NCBI GenBank assembly: GCA_963701295.1 | Contig: OY969585.1 | Coordinates: forward strand, 2,912,001-2,976,000 | Origin: Ignavibacteriota bacterium | GTDB lineage: Bacteria > Bacteroidota > Ignavibacteria > UBA10030 | Direction: 5' to 3' | DNA length: 64,000 nucleotides | Shown: positions 9,535-20,181 of the stretch, piece by piece | Numbering within the stretch: position 1 is the first letter of the stretch | Layout of the letters: each line of letters opens with the position of its first letter | Translations under genes and position numbers: made by a program | The notes under the pieces: generated by a model | Seen by the model: the letters and a program-made list of their open reading frames with translations, nothing else | Told to the model about the DNA's origin: nothing | The model's database searches: none

Positions 9535-11334
9535 TCAGCATTTCAGAGACCAATAATATCGTTTGATACCTTGCCCAATACCTGATAATATACAATAACT
9601 TTCTGAAAGAGATAATCTAAACTGCAGCGTCTTTTTAATTGTTCGTAACACACAAAACGGAATAACGAACATCATGCATAAATGATTTCGATTTTTTAGG
9701 AAATAAATAATTTCGTTGTGGTGAAAATCCCTGTAATATTGCGCCGTTGCATTTATCTGTAAAAGAACATTTCCTGTCTTTTGAGGGATATGCTGGATAG
9801 TTGTCTCGTTCGTAAAACGAATACGGTAGCCCAAGCTTTTCAAACGCTCAGAAACATCTTGCTCTTCAAATATTGATGTCCCTCGAAATATTGCATCAAA
9901 ATAACCGGCTTCCTGCAACACAGTTTGTTTTATGGACATATTTCCCCCTACCAAAGTTTCGACATCACAACAAACATCGGAATGAAATCCATCTTTCATA
10001 CGTCCGTACCATAATACACGACAAATATCTGTAGACATCAACGGCGGTAAATCGTTTTCAATAATTCTGCATGAAACACCCCCTATCGTAGTATCTCTGT
10101 GATTCTTCACATGAACTTCCATCATCTTAGGAGAAGGAACAATATCATCATCACAGAATAAAAGAATATCTCCTGTTGCGTTACGAATTCCGATATTCTT
10201 AGCATTAGAGCGGTTGGGATAGGCAGAATACAGTAACTTCAATGGATAAGGAACAGATATACCTTGTCGTGATACTTGCTGTGTTGCACTACTTTGATCT
10301 ACCACAATCACTTCAAACGATGTATAGGTTTGTTCTTTCAATGCTGTAAGTAAGTGGAGAACACATTCCGGACGATTACAGGTCGGAATAATAATAGAAA
10401 CAAATGGTTGAAGACGTTGTTCTTCACTTTGGATAACAGTAAGAGCATTCGCTATTTGTTGAAAGTAATTATTGGAAAATCGATGTACGGATAGGATATG
10501 ATTACGTGATTCAATCCATTTGGCAAGAAGTCGAAACCAGAGACTATATATTCGCTTCATCCATATCGCACGTCGTAAGGCATGACGACGATGGAAGCGA
10601 AGAAAATTACGATAAAATTCTATTTTGTGCCGTTCCTGTACTTGCGTAAAACTTGCGCCTCCGTAGTGAATAATTGACACGGATGGAACATGCATCACTT
10701 TAAATCCCGATGTTCGCAATCGGAACGGTAAATCAGCATCTTCAAAGAAAAAGGAAAAACCTTCATCAAATCCACCAACAGCATTAAAGTGCGAACGGCG
10801 CAAGAATAGAAACGCCCCCTCAACATAATTTACATTTTGCCGCAGGGAGATGTTTTTGCGTCGCTCTTCAAATTCACGCCATATACCACGAAAATTGTTC
10901 GGCACAATTTCTAATAACAACCCGCGTAACACTGTCGTTCGGGAAAACCTTGTCCTGCTATTGTCGTTTCCATCTTTATGTTGACATCCTAGCAAAGCAA
11001 TCAGAGCATCTTGTTCCATAAAAGAACACAGCGTTTCTATAGCTCCGGGTTCGACAATAACATCGGCATTGGAAATAACTACATATCGTGTCGTAAGCAG
11101 TGTAGAACCAGTGTTAGCGGCATGCCCATAACCGAGATTCTCGTTCAACACACAAAATCGAATTTGTGGATACTGCACCCGAAGCTGCTCTACGCTACCA
11201 TCAGTTGAACCTTGATCGAGAACAATAAGATTCTTTAACAACACACCATCCGATAAAAAAGAAGCAACACAATTCAACAAATGTTGACACGTATTCCAAC
11301 TGATAATAACTACTCCAATATCAGGTAAAATCAC
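9535..11334 (-). CDS. Two-domain glycosyltransferase (GT2-GT2 fusion)
   Basis: Two GT-A starts ('GVVIISWN...SNAD' and 'VSIIIPTCNR...FCDDD'). Confidence 0.9.
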   Translation of the reverse strand: MILPDIGVVIISWNTCQHLLNCVASFLSDGVLLKNLIVLDQGSTDGSVEQLRVQYPQIRFCVLNENLGYGHAANTGSTLLTTRYVVISNADVIVEPGAIETLCSFMEQDALIALLGCQHKDGNDNSRTRFSRTTVLRGLLLEIVPNNFRGIWREFEERRKNISLRQNVNYVEGAFLFLRRSHFNAVGGFDEGFSFFFEDADLPFRLRTSGFKVMHVPSVSIIHYGGASFTQVQERHKIEFYRNFLRFHRRHALRRAIWMKRIYSLWFRLLAKWIESRNHILSVHRFSNNYFQQIANALTVIQSEEQRLQPFVSIIIPTCNRPECVLHLLTALKEQTYTSFEVIVVDQSSATQQVSRQGISVPYPLKLLYSAYPNRSNAKNIGIRNATGDILLFCDDDIVPSPKMMEVHVKNHRDTTIGGVSCRIIENDLPPLMSTDICRVLWYGRMKDGFHSDVCCDVETLVGGNMSIKQTVLQEAGYFDAIFRGTSIFEEQDVSERLKSLGYRIRFTNETTIQHIPQKTGNVLLQINATAQYYRDFHHNEIIYFLKNRNHLCMMFVIPFCVLRTIKKTLQFRLSLSESYCILSGIGQGIKRYYWSLKC

Positions 11335-12242
11335 AATCGACTCCGAAAAAGCAAAAATAATTTATCGCCTAAATAGGTTGCAAACCAATAGCGCCATAGA
11401 ATCCAATTTTTCCACATTGTGGGAAATGCCTGCACAAACCATTGGCGCGCTATTCGCATGTGACCATGATAGTATTCATTTAAGCCGAGGCGAAACTTTA
11501 TAGCATATTGGTCGTTCACCGTCAGGTTGTTGTGAAGTTTATGTAATAAATAATCATTAGCAAAATTCAAGGTATAAATTCGTTGTTCGTTTTTTCGTTC
11601 GACAGAAATAGCATGTGCATGGAGGCGATACCGAAGAAGGACTTTTTGAAGATTATAAAAGTTCGTAACCGGCAATAGGCGAAGAAAGAATTCATAATCA
11701 ATTGCGCTTTGACACATTTCATTGAAACCTCCAACAACATCAAATAACTCTCTGCGCATCATGGTCGCAGGAAAGCACATAGAAGAATGCTTTGTTATTT
11801 CATATTCAATATCAGTATGTTGTTCTGGTAATCTGCGAATGGTGTGCATCACGTTGTTGCGTGCATCCATAAGCTGGTACCAGCAGGATACCACGCCAAT
11901 TTCAGGATGTTCCTGCAAAATATGATATTGTTCCTTTAATCGATCAGGTAGCGCAACATCATCTGCATCCATAAAAGCAATAATCGGAGCTTTGGTATGT
12001 TTAATTCCTTCATTTAAGGCATGCGCACGACCGGAATGATTAATAAAAATAGCTTTTCTCCTATCATCATGAAGCGACTCGATAAGAGTCCTCGTTCTGT
12101 CGGTAGAACCATCATCCACGATAAGCAATTCATAGTCGGTCATCGTCTGAGCAAGAATACTACGAATCGCTGCTTCAAGATACCGTTCTCCATTGTACAC
12201 TGACATAACAATGGACACTTTACTCAATAGATCTTTACTCAT
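11331..12242 (-). CDS. Glycosyltransferase family 2
   Basis: VSIVMSVYNGERYL, DDGSTD, FMDADD. Confidence 0.93.
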   Translation of the reverse strand: MSKDLLSKVSIVMSVYNGERYLEAAIRSILAQTMTDYELLIVDDGSTDRTRTLIESLHDDRRKAIFINHSGRAHALNEGIKHTKAPIIAFMDADDVALPDRLKEQYHILQEHPEIGVVSCWYQLMDARNNVMHTIRRLPEQHTDIEYEITKHSSMCFPATMMRRELFDVVGGFNEMCQSAIDYEFFLRLLPVTNFYNLQKVLLRYRLHAHAISVERKNEQRIYTLNFANDYLLHKLHNNLTVNDQYAIKFRLGLNEYYHGHMRIARQWFVQAFPTMWKNWILWRYWFATYLGDKLFLLFRSRL

Positions 12243-12254
12243 ACCATTCTCTTA

Positions 12255-13175
12255 TCACAACCAATGAGGTCTGCGGAAAGAATACTCCCCATCTCGAAAA
12301 AATCCACCGGCATGGTTTCCGTAACCATATCTCTTTTGAATATTACGAGACATAACTTTTCGTAGCTTCCAATTTCTTATCACTATCCATAAACCTGCAA
12401 TAAATCCTCTTGAAATGGTTAAAGCACATCCCTTGCAAATCCCAAAAATAATTCTTCCCATGATAATCCTAGTTATTCTTCCTATAACCCTATGTAATGA
12501 ATAATGTGAGACTAAAATAATAATGATATTGCGATTACAATAGTATTGTTTTCTTAAATCGATTGAATTATTCGTTTTATACAAACGATGTGAGGATGAA
12601 TAGGTATGATGCACGATTGCATTGGACTCATATTCAATATCATAACCTTTGTGTAATACGCGGAGGGAGAAATCTATTTCATGCGAATAAAGAAACAAGT
12701 CTTCGTTAAACATCCCGGCAGATAAAAACATCGCATGTCGAAACAGCACTCCACAACCAATAAAGTTTGGATAAATAGAAAAACTTTTTTGAGTAGTCTC
12801 ATGTTTGTTCAATGTATCATTATATATATTCAATGCTAATATTGCACAGTTAGGTAAACGATTCATCGTTTGTACACTTATTCCAAGCGCATCTTTTTCC
12901 GGATAACTATCATCATCCAAAAATAACAGATACTCCCCTTTCGCTATCTTTGCTCCCTCATTCCAGCCTGCTATGCCAATATTTTTCTGTAACTCAAGCA
13001 AACGGACGGTAGGATATTCTGATTTCACCATTTCAACAGAGCCGTCGTGAGAATTGTTATCAACAACAACCACTTCTATGTTTTTGTAGTCCTGCTCAAA
13101 TACTTTTTGGAGAGTATTCCGTAAGTAGTCTTTTCTGTTGTACGAAAGAATATTTACTGTAACAAGAGGCTGCAT
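12255..13175 (-). CDS. Glycosyltransferase family 2 (possible galactofuranosyl/rhamnosyl transferase)
   Basis: VVVDNNSHDGS, FLDDD; adjacent to glf. Confidence 0.88.
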   Translation of the reverse strand: MQPLVTVNILSYNRKDYLRNTLQKVFEQDYKNIEVVVVDNNSHDGSVEMVKSEYPTVRLLELQKNIGIAGWNEGAKIAKGEYLLFLDDDSYPEKDALGISVQTMNRLPNCAILALNIYNDTLNKHETTQKSFSIYPNFIGCGVLFRHAMFLSAGMFNEDLFLYSHEIDFSLRVLHKGYDIEYESNAIVHHTYSSSHRLYKTNNSIDLRKQYYCNRNIIIILVSHYSLHRVIGRITRIIMGRIIFGICKGCALTISRGFIAGLWIVIRNWKLRKVMSRNIQKRYGYGNHAGGFFRDGEYSFRRPHWL

Positions 13176-13176
13176 G

Positions 13177-14271
13177 TTAAGAATGGGTGATGTTCTTAAA
13201 AGCTGTTAATGACTGCGCAATAACCTGATCCATATTGTAATAGCGATAAGTCGCAAGCCGGCCGACAAAATGCACAGTTTTCAATTTTTCCGCTTCGGCA
13301 GCATATAATTTATATAACGCTGTATTTTCGTCATTCGGTATAGGGTAATATGGCTCGCCTGTCTCGTGTGAATATTCTTTTGCTATAGTTGTCTTGCTCT
13401 GGTGTTGTCCGGTAATATGTTTGAATTCGATACTCCGTGTATAGGTAAAATCGTTCGGGTAGTTCACCTGCGCAACCGGTTGAACAAATTCCTTCTCGTG
13501 AGTCTCAAATTCAAAACTGAGCGAACGATACGGTAATGCACCAAATGTTTGATGAAAATACTCGTCAATCGGACCGGTGAAAATCAACCGGTTAAAAGTC
13601 CCGGACGGTATATTTTTAAAATCAGTATTGAGCTCAACCGAAATCAACGGATGAGCGATCATTTTGTTAAACATCTCGGTGTATCCATTAGCGGGCATCA
13701 TTTGAAAGCGGTCATCAAAATATCGATCATCTGTATTCGTTCGGATCGGTAACCGGCCACAAACAGATGGTGCTAAATGTGATGGTTCGACACCCCAATG
13801 TTTTGTCGTATATCCTTTATACAACAAATCATACAATCGCCTGCCGATCTTTGAAACAACAACATCTTCAGAGTTTCGAATAAATGAGATCGATTCTTTC
13901 TCCCGCTCATAAAAGGCTCTTACTTCTTCGTCGGTTGTATAATGAAACCCAAAAAGAGTGTTGACAGTTGTTCTATTGACCGGCATCGGAACAAGTGAAC
14001 CGTTCACCGACGCCAAGACCCGATGTTCGTACGGATGCCATGAAGTAAATTGCGATAAGTACTTGATGATGCTTTCATCATTTGTATGGAACAAATGAGG
14101 ACCATAATGGTGTATACGAATACCGTGTTCATCGATGGAATCATATGCATTTCCACCGATGTGAGAACGACGATCAATCACTAGAACCTTCTTTCTTAAT
14201 TGCGACGCCAATCGCTCCGCAAGCACACAACCAGCAAAACCGGCACCAACTATGAGATATTCGTATTTCAT
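13177..14271 (-). CDS. glf: UDP-galactopyranose mutase
   Basis: GAGFAG FAD motif, HIGGNAYD, HHYGPHLFHT, EPYYP, GRLATYRYYNMDQ. Confidence 0.97.
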   Translation of the reverse strand: MKYEYLIVGAGFAGCVLAERLASQLRKKVLVIDRRSHIGGNAYDSIDEHGIRIHHYGPHLFHTNDESIIKYLSQFTSWHPYEHRVLASVNGSLVPMPVNRTTVNTLFGFHYTTDEEVRAFYEREKESISFIRNSEDVVVSKIGRRLYDLLYKGYTTKHWGVEPSHLAPSVCGRLPIRTNTDDRYFDDRFQMMPANGYTEMFNKMIAHPLISVELNTDFKNIPSGTFNRLIFTGPIDEYFHQTFGALPYRSLSFEFETHEKEFVQPVAQVNYPNDFTYTRSIEFKHITGQHQSKTTIAKEYSHETGEPYYPIPNDENTALYKLYAAEAEKLKTVHFVGRLATYRYYNMDQVIAQSLTAFKNITHS

Positions 14272-15353
14272 TGTACATCCAATTTAATGGAATCCATCCT
14301 TAATACAATGGACGATATTTTTTCGGCCACATACTCAGAACCTTCGGGAGACAGATGCCCATCGTCTTTGATATAATAATTTCCAATATCAGTCGGTGAC
14401 ATTTTTTTTATATCATCATATAACTCATAATAGAAGACCTGCGTATCTTTAAGTGATTGTATAAAGTCATGGTCTTCTAAATTTTCTATTTGCAGTAAAT
14501 TATCTACCCTGGGACAACGTATAACAATAAGACGTTGGTTATTGAGTTTTACACAAGTGATTAAATCTGCAAATATCTTTTTAACGATACCGTCGCTTTT
14601 GAACTTTAAATATCGTTTGTAAAAAGGGTTTAATAATTTACTATACTCTAACACTTTAATAATAACTTCGGGTGAATTATTTCTTGATGATCTTAACATC
14701 AGTTCACCATTTTCTAAATCATAACTTGGTTTATTCATTCCTTCAACTTTGCGATAGGCTTCTAATACGCGCGGAATGTCATCCTCGATAAACATGAGAA
14801 CGATGATTTGAGGCTTTATAATTGGTTCGTATTTTTTGTATGCTAGATACATTTGATCAATACCCCACCCAGGCATCCCCATATTATAAACGTTATACTG
14901 TGACCCCAGTTTTTCTTGAAGCTTCGACGAAATAGTTGATTTTTCATCAAGAAAAACTCCAAATATAAATGAATCACCCAATAACATCACTCTTGTGTTG
15001 TTGTTTTGAGCACAAGCTGTATCATAATCGTTAGTATTTCTAAACCCTTGATTATTTATTACATACTCCACTTTTAGATCTTTGTACTTTTTATTTGAAA
15101 ATGGAATGTACTTATTCTTTTTGCATACCCATCCCAAGTCCTTTTCAGTTAACGGCCACGTGACATCGACAAGATTTGTATCAACATGGATCTCCTTATT
15201 TTTATATTGCCCGGGATATGTTCGTGAATAATTTGTTTTATCCGACCAGAATATTCTCAGCCCAATCTCAAGTAAAATCATTAACATAAGCGTTAATAGC
15301 ACATTCCATAAAATTAGCCTTACAATTCTTAGATATTTTTTCCGCTTGGTCAT
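14268..15353 (-). CDS. Membrane-anchored SGNH/GDSL-family hydrolase or acyltransferase (glycan modification)
   Basis: N-terminal TM, 'INNQGFR', 'LGDSFIFG' (GDS), 'NMGMPGWG', 'DDGHLS' (DxH). Confidence 0.82.
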   Translation of the reverse strand: MTKRKKYLRIVRLILWNVLLTLMLMILLEIGLRIFWSDKTNYSRTYPGQYKNKEIHVDTNLVDVTWPLTEKDLGWVCKKNKYIPFSNKKYKDLKVEYVINNQGFRNTNDYDTACAQNNNTRVMLLGDSFIFGVFLDEKSTISSKLQEKLGSQYNVYNMGMPGWGIDQMYLAYKKYEPIIKPQIIVLMFIEDDIPRVLEAYRKVEGMNKPSYDLENGELMLRSSRNNSPEVIIKVLEYSKLLNPFYKRYLKFKSDGIVKKIFADLITCVKLNNQRLIVIRCPRVDNLLQIENLEDHDFIQSLKDTQVFYYELYDDIKKMSPTDIGNYYIKDDGHLSPEGSEYVAEKISSIVLRMDSIKLDVQ

Positions 15354-15607
15354 TATTACGCTATTCAGTTCGTTATTCTTGTGTAATTCTTCAGAAGATT
15401 TAATCTGTTAAGTAATTTCTGATAAAGCGTTGAGAATAATCGTTGTCACTGATGCACAAATTGAAATTTTTGAAAAAGGTAGATGATCGGCTGGAATAAT
15501 ATTCATGTTGTCAGTTTTAGTTTAAATTCAGACTTCCTAAAAGATAAGAATGCCCGCCCTTCCAATTATTCTGACGTATTAAACTAGATTATTCTATAAT
15601 CAAATAG

Positions 15608-16972
15608 TTACGTTTGTTTCCGATACCATCTCGTCATCAAAATGCCATACACAGCGATAAATGCTGCGCCTGAGGTTCTAAGGCTGAAAGAAAAAAGTAA
15701 TACACAGAGCCCCATAGCCATAAGAGCGATAACCGCTATCTTTATAATGCTAAGGACTTCTTTCGTGAAGGTCAATGGAACTTCATGGTTAAGCGCCTTC
15801 CATGAACGCACTGCAACAAGAGTCTCGGCAAAGATTGTTGTCAGAGCGGCTCCAGTCATTCCATACATCGGAATAAGGAACACATTGAGAAGAAGATTCA
15901 ATCCTGCACTCCAAGCGACAATCGATAAGTATTTCTTTTCCTTCCCGAGCAAAAGAAGCGGCTGAGCAAATGTGATACTGATGAAAACAGCTATTATATC
16001 CAACGAGAGAAGACGGAGCGGAAGCACTGCACCGTCGTACGCCGAACCATAGAGCATTGTAATGAATTCCGGCGCATAGATGCCTATGAGGATTCCGGTC
16101 GGCAATCCAATCATACACATCGTCAAGACAAACGCTTTCCATTCTTTCACTGCTGCGGTTTTAAGTGAAACGAGATACGGCAAATAAGAAGCGAAAAGAA
16201 GATTAGGAATTGCCGAAGCGAGCGTGACAATTTTGTAAGCACTTGTGTACAGTCCGACTTCACGGCTTGTTTTGAACACCCCCAGAAGCACCGTATCTAT
16301 ATTCAAATAAACCTGGACACACATGGAAGCCGCACCTACTGTAATCGCCGAAATGCAATATGCGCGAAGTTGCTCCCACCGTACGCTATGCATCCATACA
16401 AAGTTTTTTCTGAGTATTCCTGACATTGGAATGAGCGCGAGGGCGGAAGAAACTGCAAAAAAGACCGGCACACGGGGAAGATCTCCAGCACTTTGGACGC
16501 CGCCAATAACAAAAAGAAGATACAGCAAGCTCTGCGCAAAACGGCTGACCGCCACAATATGCATTTGATTATGAGCGCGGAAAAAGAATTGAAACGTAAA
16601 GGGAATGGTAAACAGTGCCAAACCTTGCAGAATCAATAATTGTTTTACAGCTAAAGAAAACGGAACAAACAAGCAGACCAGCAGCAAGAGAGCAAAAGAG
16701 GCGATCGCAGAACCTGATTTTAAAAGAAAGAGAGAAGTGAGAATGCCGGAAGGTTCTTTTTCAGAACGCGCAGTCTCACGCGCGCCGACGATATCATACC
16801 CTGGATTAGCAATAAGAGCAAAATATGTATACACCGCAACGACAAATCCATAGTCGCCAAACCCATTCACTCCAATTCTTCTCGCAAGATATGCAGTAGT
16901 GAGGAACCCTAAGACTTTGGAAACAATTTCTGCCGACGATAAGAAAAAGAAATTTTTTTCAGCACTTCTCAT
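15608..16972 (-). CDS. wzx: Wzx-type oligosaccharide flippase (start reassigned to ATG at 16972)
   Basis: 'KNFFFLSSAEIVSK...YLARRIGVNGFGDY', many TM helices, 'LNVFLIPMYGMTGAALTT'. Confidence 0.9.
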   Translation of the reverse strand: MRSAEKNFFFLSSAEIVSKVLGFLTTAYLARRIGVNGFGDYGFVVAVYTYFALIANPGYDIVGARETARSEKEPSGILTSLFLLKSGSAIASFALLLLVCLFVPFSLAVKQLLILQGLALFTIPFTFQFFFRAHNQMHIVAVSRFAQSLLYLLFVIGGVQSAGDLPRVPVFFAVSSALALIPMSGILRKNFVWMHSVRWEQLRAYCISAITVGAASMCVQVYLNIDTVLLGVFKTSREVGLYTSAYKIVTLASAIPNLLFASYLPYLVSLKTAAVKEWKAFVLTMCMIGLPTGILIGIYAPEFITMLYGSAYDGAVLPLRLLSLDIIAVFISITFAQPLLLLGKEKKYLSIVAWSAGLNLLLNVFLIPMYGMTGAALTTIFAETLVAVRSWKALNHEVPLTFTKEVLSIIKIAVIALMAMGLCVLLFSFSLRTSGAAFIAVYGILMTRWYRKQT

Positions 16973-16995
16973 GCGAATGGCGGCAATTTCACGCG

Positions 16996-17790
16996 TTATC
17001 GTTTCAAGAACCGTGCGTGGAGAATACGGAGAAGAAACAACGGATTTCCGATCAAATATCGTTTCCACAATCTTCGCGGTTCTTGGATGAGGCGGAACGC
17101 CCACTCGAATCCAAGAGCTCCGAGCCACCGCGGGCAATTTATTTTATCGCCTGAGACGGTATCAAGAAAACCTCCGCCCATCCAGATTAAATTCACATTC
17201 AGCTTTGAAAAGTTTTCCTTCGTCCAGGCTTCCTGCAGGGGAACTCCCATTCCTAAAAGAAGAATATCCGGCTGGCAAGCATTAATAGCACGAACGACAG
17301 AATTGTTTTCCTCTTCCGAAATAAAGCCATGATGATATCCCGAAATCTGCAAGCCGGGATATAATTCCTTCAGCCTCGTTGCGGCACGCTCTGCAACAGA
17401 CGATGCACCGCCAAGGAAGAACAACTTCAAGTCGTTTTCAACAGCACTCTCGGCTATGTCGTAAATATAATCCGAGAGCGTAATACGCTCGGGAATATTT
17501 TCGCCTAAGAGCCGTGCTCCTAAGCGAACTCCCTCGCCATCGCAATAACTCACGAGCGATTGATCAAGGAATTCCTTGAACCATGGTATCTCCAGCGCGA
17601 CATCAATCGTGTGAATATTGATATAGGAAAACCAGCCTCGCCGTTTGGTTTTTATAGAGTAGAGAATGAGCGACTTGAATTGCGAACGTGTGAGAATATC
17701 AACACGGATATCGAGAATACTCGTTGATCGAATCAATGGTTTTTCTTGTTCACTATGATGGCTCGGATGTGCGGACGCTGAATTGGACAT
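16996..17790 (-). CDS. WecB/TagA/CpsF-family (GT26) glycosyltransferase
   Basis: 'YCDGEGV', 'LLGMGVPLQE', 'GFEWAFRLIQEPRRLWKRY'. Confidence 0.93.
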   Translation of the reverse strand: MSNSASAHPSHHSEQEKPLIRSTSILDIRVDILTRSQFKSLILYSIKTKRRGWFSYINIHTIDVALEIPWFKEFLDQSLVSYCDGEGVRLGARLLGENIPERITLSDYIYDIAESAVENDLKLFFLGGASSVAERAATRLKELYPGLQISGYHHGFISEEENNSVVRAINACQPDILLLGMGVPLQEAWTKENFSKLNVNLIWMGGGFLDTVSGDKINCPRWLGALGFEWAFRLIQEPRRLWKRYLIGNPLFLLRILHARFLKR

Positions 17791-17806
17791 AATCACCAAC
17801 CGCTCA

Positions 17807-18754
17807 TTATTCCTGCCGAACAAGGCCGAGTTTTTCTCTGAAATACCTCATCGTTTTCAACAATCCCTCTTGCCTGCGTACCCTCGGCTCCCACCCCAGC
17901 AACTCTTTCGCTTTAGTAATATCCGGCTGGCGTACTTTGGGATCGTCTTCAGGAAGGTCTTGGAAGATTATTTTACTACGGCTTCCGGTCAGTTGGATTA
18001 TTTCTTTTGCAAGTTCCAGCATGGTTACTTCTTCCGGATTCCCAATATTCATCGGCATATCATAATCGGACATCATCAGGCTGTAAATGCCATCGATGAG
18101 ATCCGAAACATAACAGACGCTTCTTGTCTGGCTGCCGTCTCCAAAGACCGTCACATTTTCATTCTTCATTGCTTGCGACATAAAGGTGGGAATTGCACGC
18201 CCATCGTTCATACGCATGCGCTCGCCGTAGGTATTGAAGATACGAATGATCCGAGTTTCCACACCATGGTATCTATGATACGCCATCGTCATGGCTTCTG
18301 CAAACCGTTTCGCTTCATCATACACACCGCGCGGACCAACGGGATTCACATTTCCCCAGTAATCTTCCTTCTGTGGATGAATCAATGGGTCACCATACAC
18401 CTCGGAGGTGGATGCGATGAAGAAGCGCGCACCTTTTGCTTTTGCAAGACCAAGCGCCTTGTGCGTTCCCAAGGAACCGACCTTGAGAGTTTGAATAGGC
18501 AGCTTCAGATAATCAATCGGGCTTGCAGGGGAAGCGAAATGAAAAATGAAATCCACCGCCCCATCTACAAAAATATAATTCGTTACATCATGCTGGACGA
18601 AGGAAAAATGAGGATTGCCCAAGAGATGTGCTATGTTGGCGGTATCCCCCGTGATCAGGTTGTCAATGCAGATGACTTCATGATTTTCCGCAAGAAGCCG
18701 ATCGCATAAATGCGAACCAAGAAATCCGGCGCCGCCGGTAACGAGCGACCGCAT
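17807..18754 (-). CDS. UDP-glucuronate decarboxylase (UDP-xylose synthase)
   Basis: [44 protein letters not shown]; TAATG-coupled to fcl stop. Confidence 0.92.
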   Translation of the reverse strand: MRSLVTGGAGFLGSHLCDRLLAENHEVICIDNLITGDTANIAHLLGNPHFSFVQHDVTNYIFVDGAVDFIFHFASPASPIDYLKLPIQTLKVGSLGTHKALGLAKAKGARFFIASTSEVYGDPLIHPQKEDYWGNVNPVGPRGVYDEAKRFAEAMTMAYHRYHGVETRIIRIFNTYGERMRMNDGRAIPTFMSQAMKNENVTVFGDGSQTRSVCYVSDLIDGIYSLMMSDYDMPMNIGNPEEVTMLELAKEIIQLTGSRSKIIFQDLPEDDPKVRQPDITKAKELLGWEPRVRRQEGLLKTMRYFREKLGLVRQE

Positions 18755-19680
18755 TATTTGTTCTCCAGATACCATTGGATGGTTTTTCGTATCCCCTCGC
18801 GCAAGGGGGTTTTAGCTTTCCAGCCAAGCTGATGAATTTTTGAAACATCCAGTAATTTTTGCGGTGCACCATCGGGTTTCGTTGTGTCGAATACGATGGC
18901 GCCGTTATATTCCACTTCTTGTTTGACGATGGTTGCGAGTTCGAGAATCGTCACGTCTTCCCCAACGCCGACGTTGATTATTTCTCCGTCATCGTAGTGA
19001 TTCATCAAGAAGACACATGCATCTGCAAGATCATCGACAAAAAGAAACTCGCGTTTTGGCGCGCCAGTTCCCCACACAGTAACCGAAGGCGCACCTTCTT
19101 TCCTTGCTTCGATAAATTTCCTTATCAGCGCGGGCAGCACATGAGAACTTTTCAAATCGAAGTTATCGTGCAGCCCGTACAAATTTGTCGGCATTACGGA
19201 AATATAGTTCGTCCCGTACTGCCGGTTATACGCCTGGCACATTTCGATCCCGGCAATCTTCGCTATCGCATACGGCTCGTTGGTAGGCTCCAACTTTCCA
19301 TCCAGAAACGAATCTTCCTTGATCGGCTGAGGAGCGAACTTCGGATAGATGCATGAACTGCCTAAAAAACAGAGTTTCTTTACACCGGTTTGGTATGCGG
19401 CGTGAATAATATTAGTTTGAATCTGAAGATTGATATAAATAAAATCAGCAGGATATGTATTATTCGCATGAATCCCGCCTACTTTAGCGGCTGCAAGAAA
19501 AACATAATCCGGTTTCTCTTGCTGAAGAAATGATTCCACAAGAGATTGTTTTGTTAAATCAAGCTCATCGATCGTGCGCAAAAGAAACCTTGCATATCCT
19601 TGTGCCTGCAGAGACCGCAAAATCGCCGATCCCACTAATCCGGTATGACCTGCGATATATATTTTATCAGAATGATTCAT
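18754..19680 (-). CDS. fcl: GDP-L-fucose synthase
   Basis: [49 protein letters not shown]. Confidence 0.96.
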   Translation of the reverse strand: MNHSDKIYIAGHTGLVGSAILRSLQAQGYARFLLRTIDELDLTKQSLVESFLQQEKPDYVFLAAAKVGGIHANNTYPADFIYINLQIQTNIIHAAYQTGVKKLCFLGSSCIYPKFAPQPIKEDSFLDGKLEPTNEPYAIAKIAGIEMCQAYNRQYGTNYISVMPTNLYGLHDNFDLKSSHVLPALIRKFIEARKEGAPSVTVWGTGAPKREFLFVDDLADACVFLMNHYDDGEIINVGVGEDVTILELATIVKQEVEYNGAIVFDTTKPDGAPQKLLDVSKIHQLGWKAKTPLREGIRKTIQWYLENK

Positions 19681-19689
19681 GAATGTATA

Positions 19690-19781
19690 GTTCTTTGTGC
19701 GTAGTTAATTAGTACTTCGTTCTTTGTGCCTCGGTCTTTGTGCTTCGTTCTTTGTGCTTAGTTTTTTGTACTTAGTTCTTT
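19690..19781 (+). repeat. Degenerate heptamer tandem array, about 13 units (GTTCTTT/GTGCTTC)
   Basis: gttcttt gtgcgta gttaatta gtacttc gttcttt gtgcctc ggtcttt gtgcttc gttcttt gtgctta gtttttt gtactta gttcttt. Confidence 0.9.
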
Positions 19782-20137
19782 TTAATAAGTATTGGATAAA
19801 TCCACCAATAAGATTTTTAATATCTTTTGCTTCTGTGAATAATTCATCAAATTCATTTTGAGTAATATATCGGCAATCAACGACAACGTATAAGAGCGTT
19901 TGGACTTCGGAAGTTGATCTGTAAGCATAATTTACAGAAAAGGATAAAACTTTTCCTCGATCCCGAATCAAATCCCTCTGCAATATTTGCCATAATAGAA
20001 ACTGTTGCACGTTGAATCTGTTCTCTTAGTCCAAAATCTTTTGCGAAATCTCCTTTGGCTGTCAAGCCATATATTCGCGATGTCAGCTCACGAGCCTTTT
20101 TCCACGATTCAATATCTTCAAATCGTTCAATCTTCAA
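19705..20137 (-). pseudogene. Four-helix-bundle protein (23S rRNA IVP/Avd-like family), split by a frameshift near 19935
   Basis: ORF 19877-20137 gives the N-half (FEDIESWKKAREL...QIQRATVSIMANIAEGF); ORF 19705-20010 gives the C-half (NYAYRSTSEVQTLLY...LIGGFIQYL); removing one base of TTC TGTA AAT restores F-L-N. Confidence 0.85.
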
Positions 20138-20181
20138 TTTCTATCATTCTCTTATTTCCAACAGAACTAACCAACTCTGAA

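Noticed and set aside
16973-17137. N-terminal extension of the flippase in the ORF track
   Set aside because: Overlaps the GT26 gene; flippase homology begins at the ATG at 16972
17783-18709. 308-aa plus-strand ORF, and other long antisense ORFs such as 21898-22584 and 4328-4933
   Set aside because: Shadow frames of conserved minus-strand genes with no recognisable motifs
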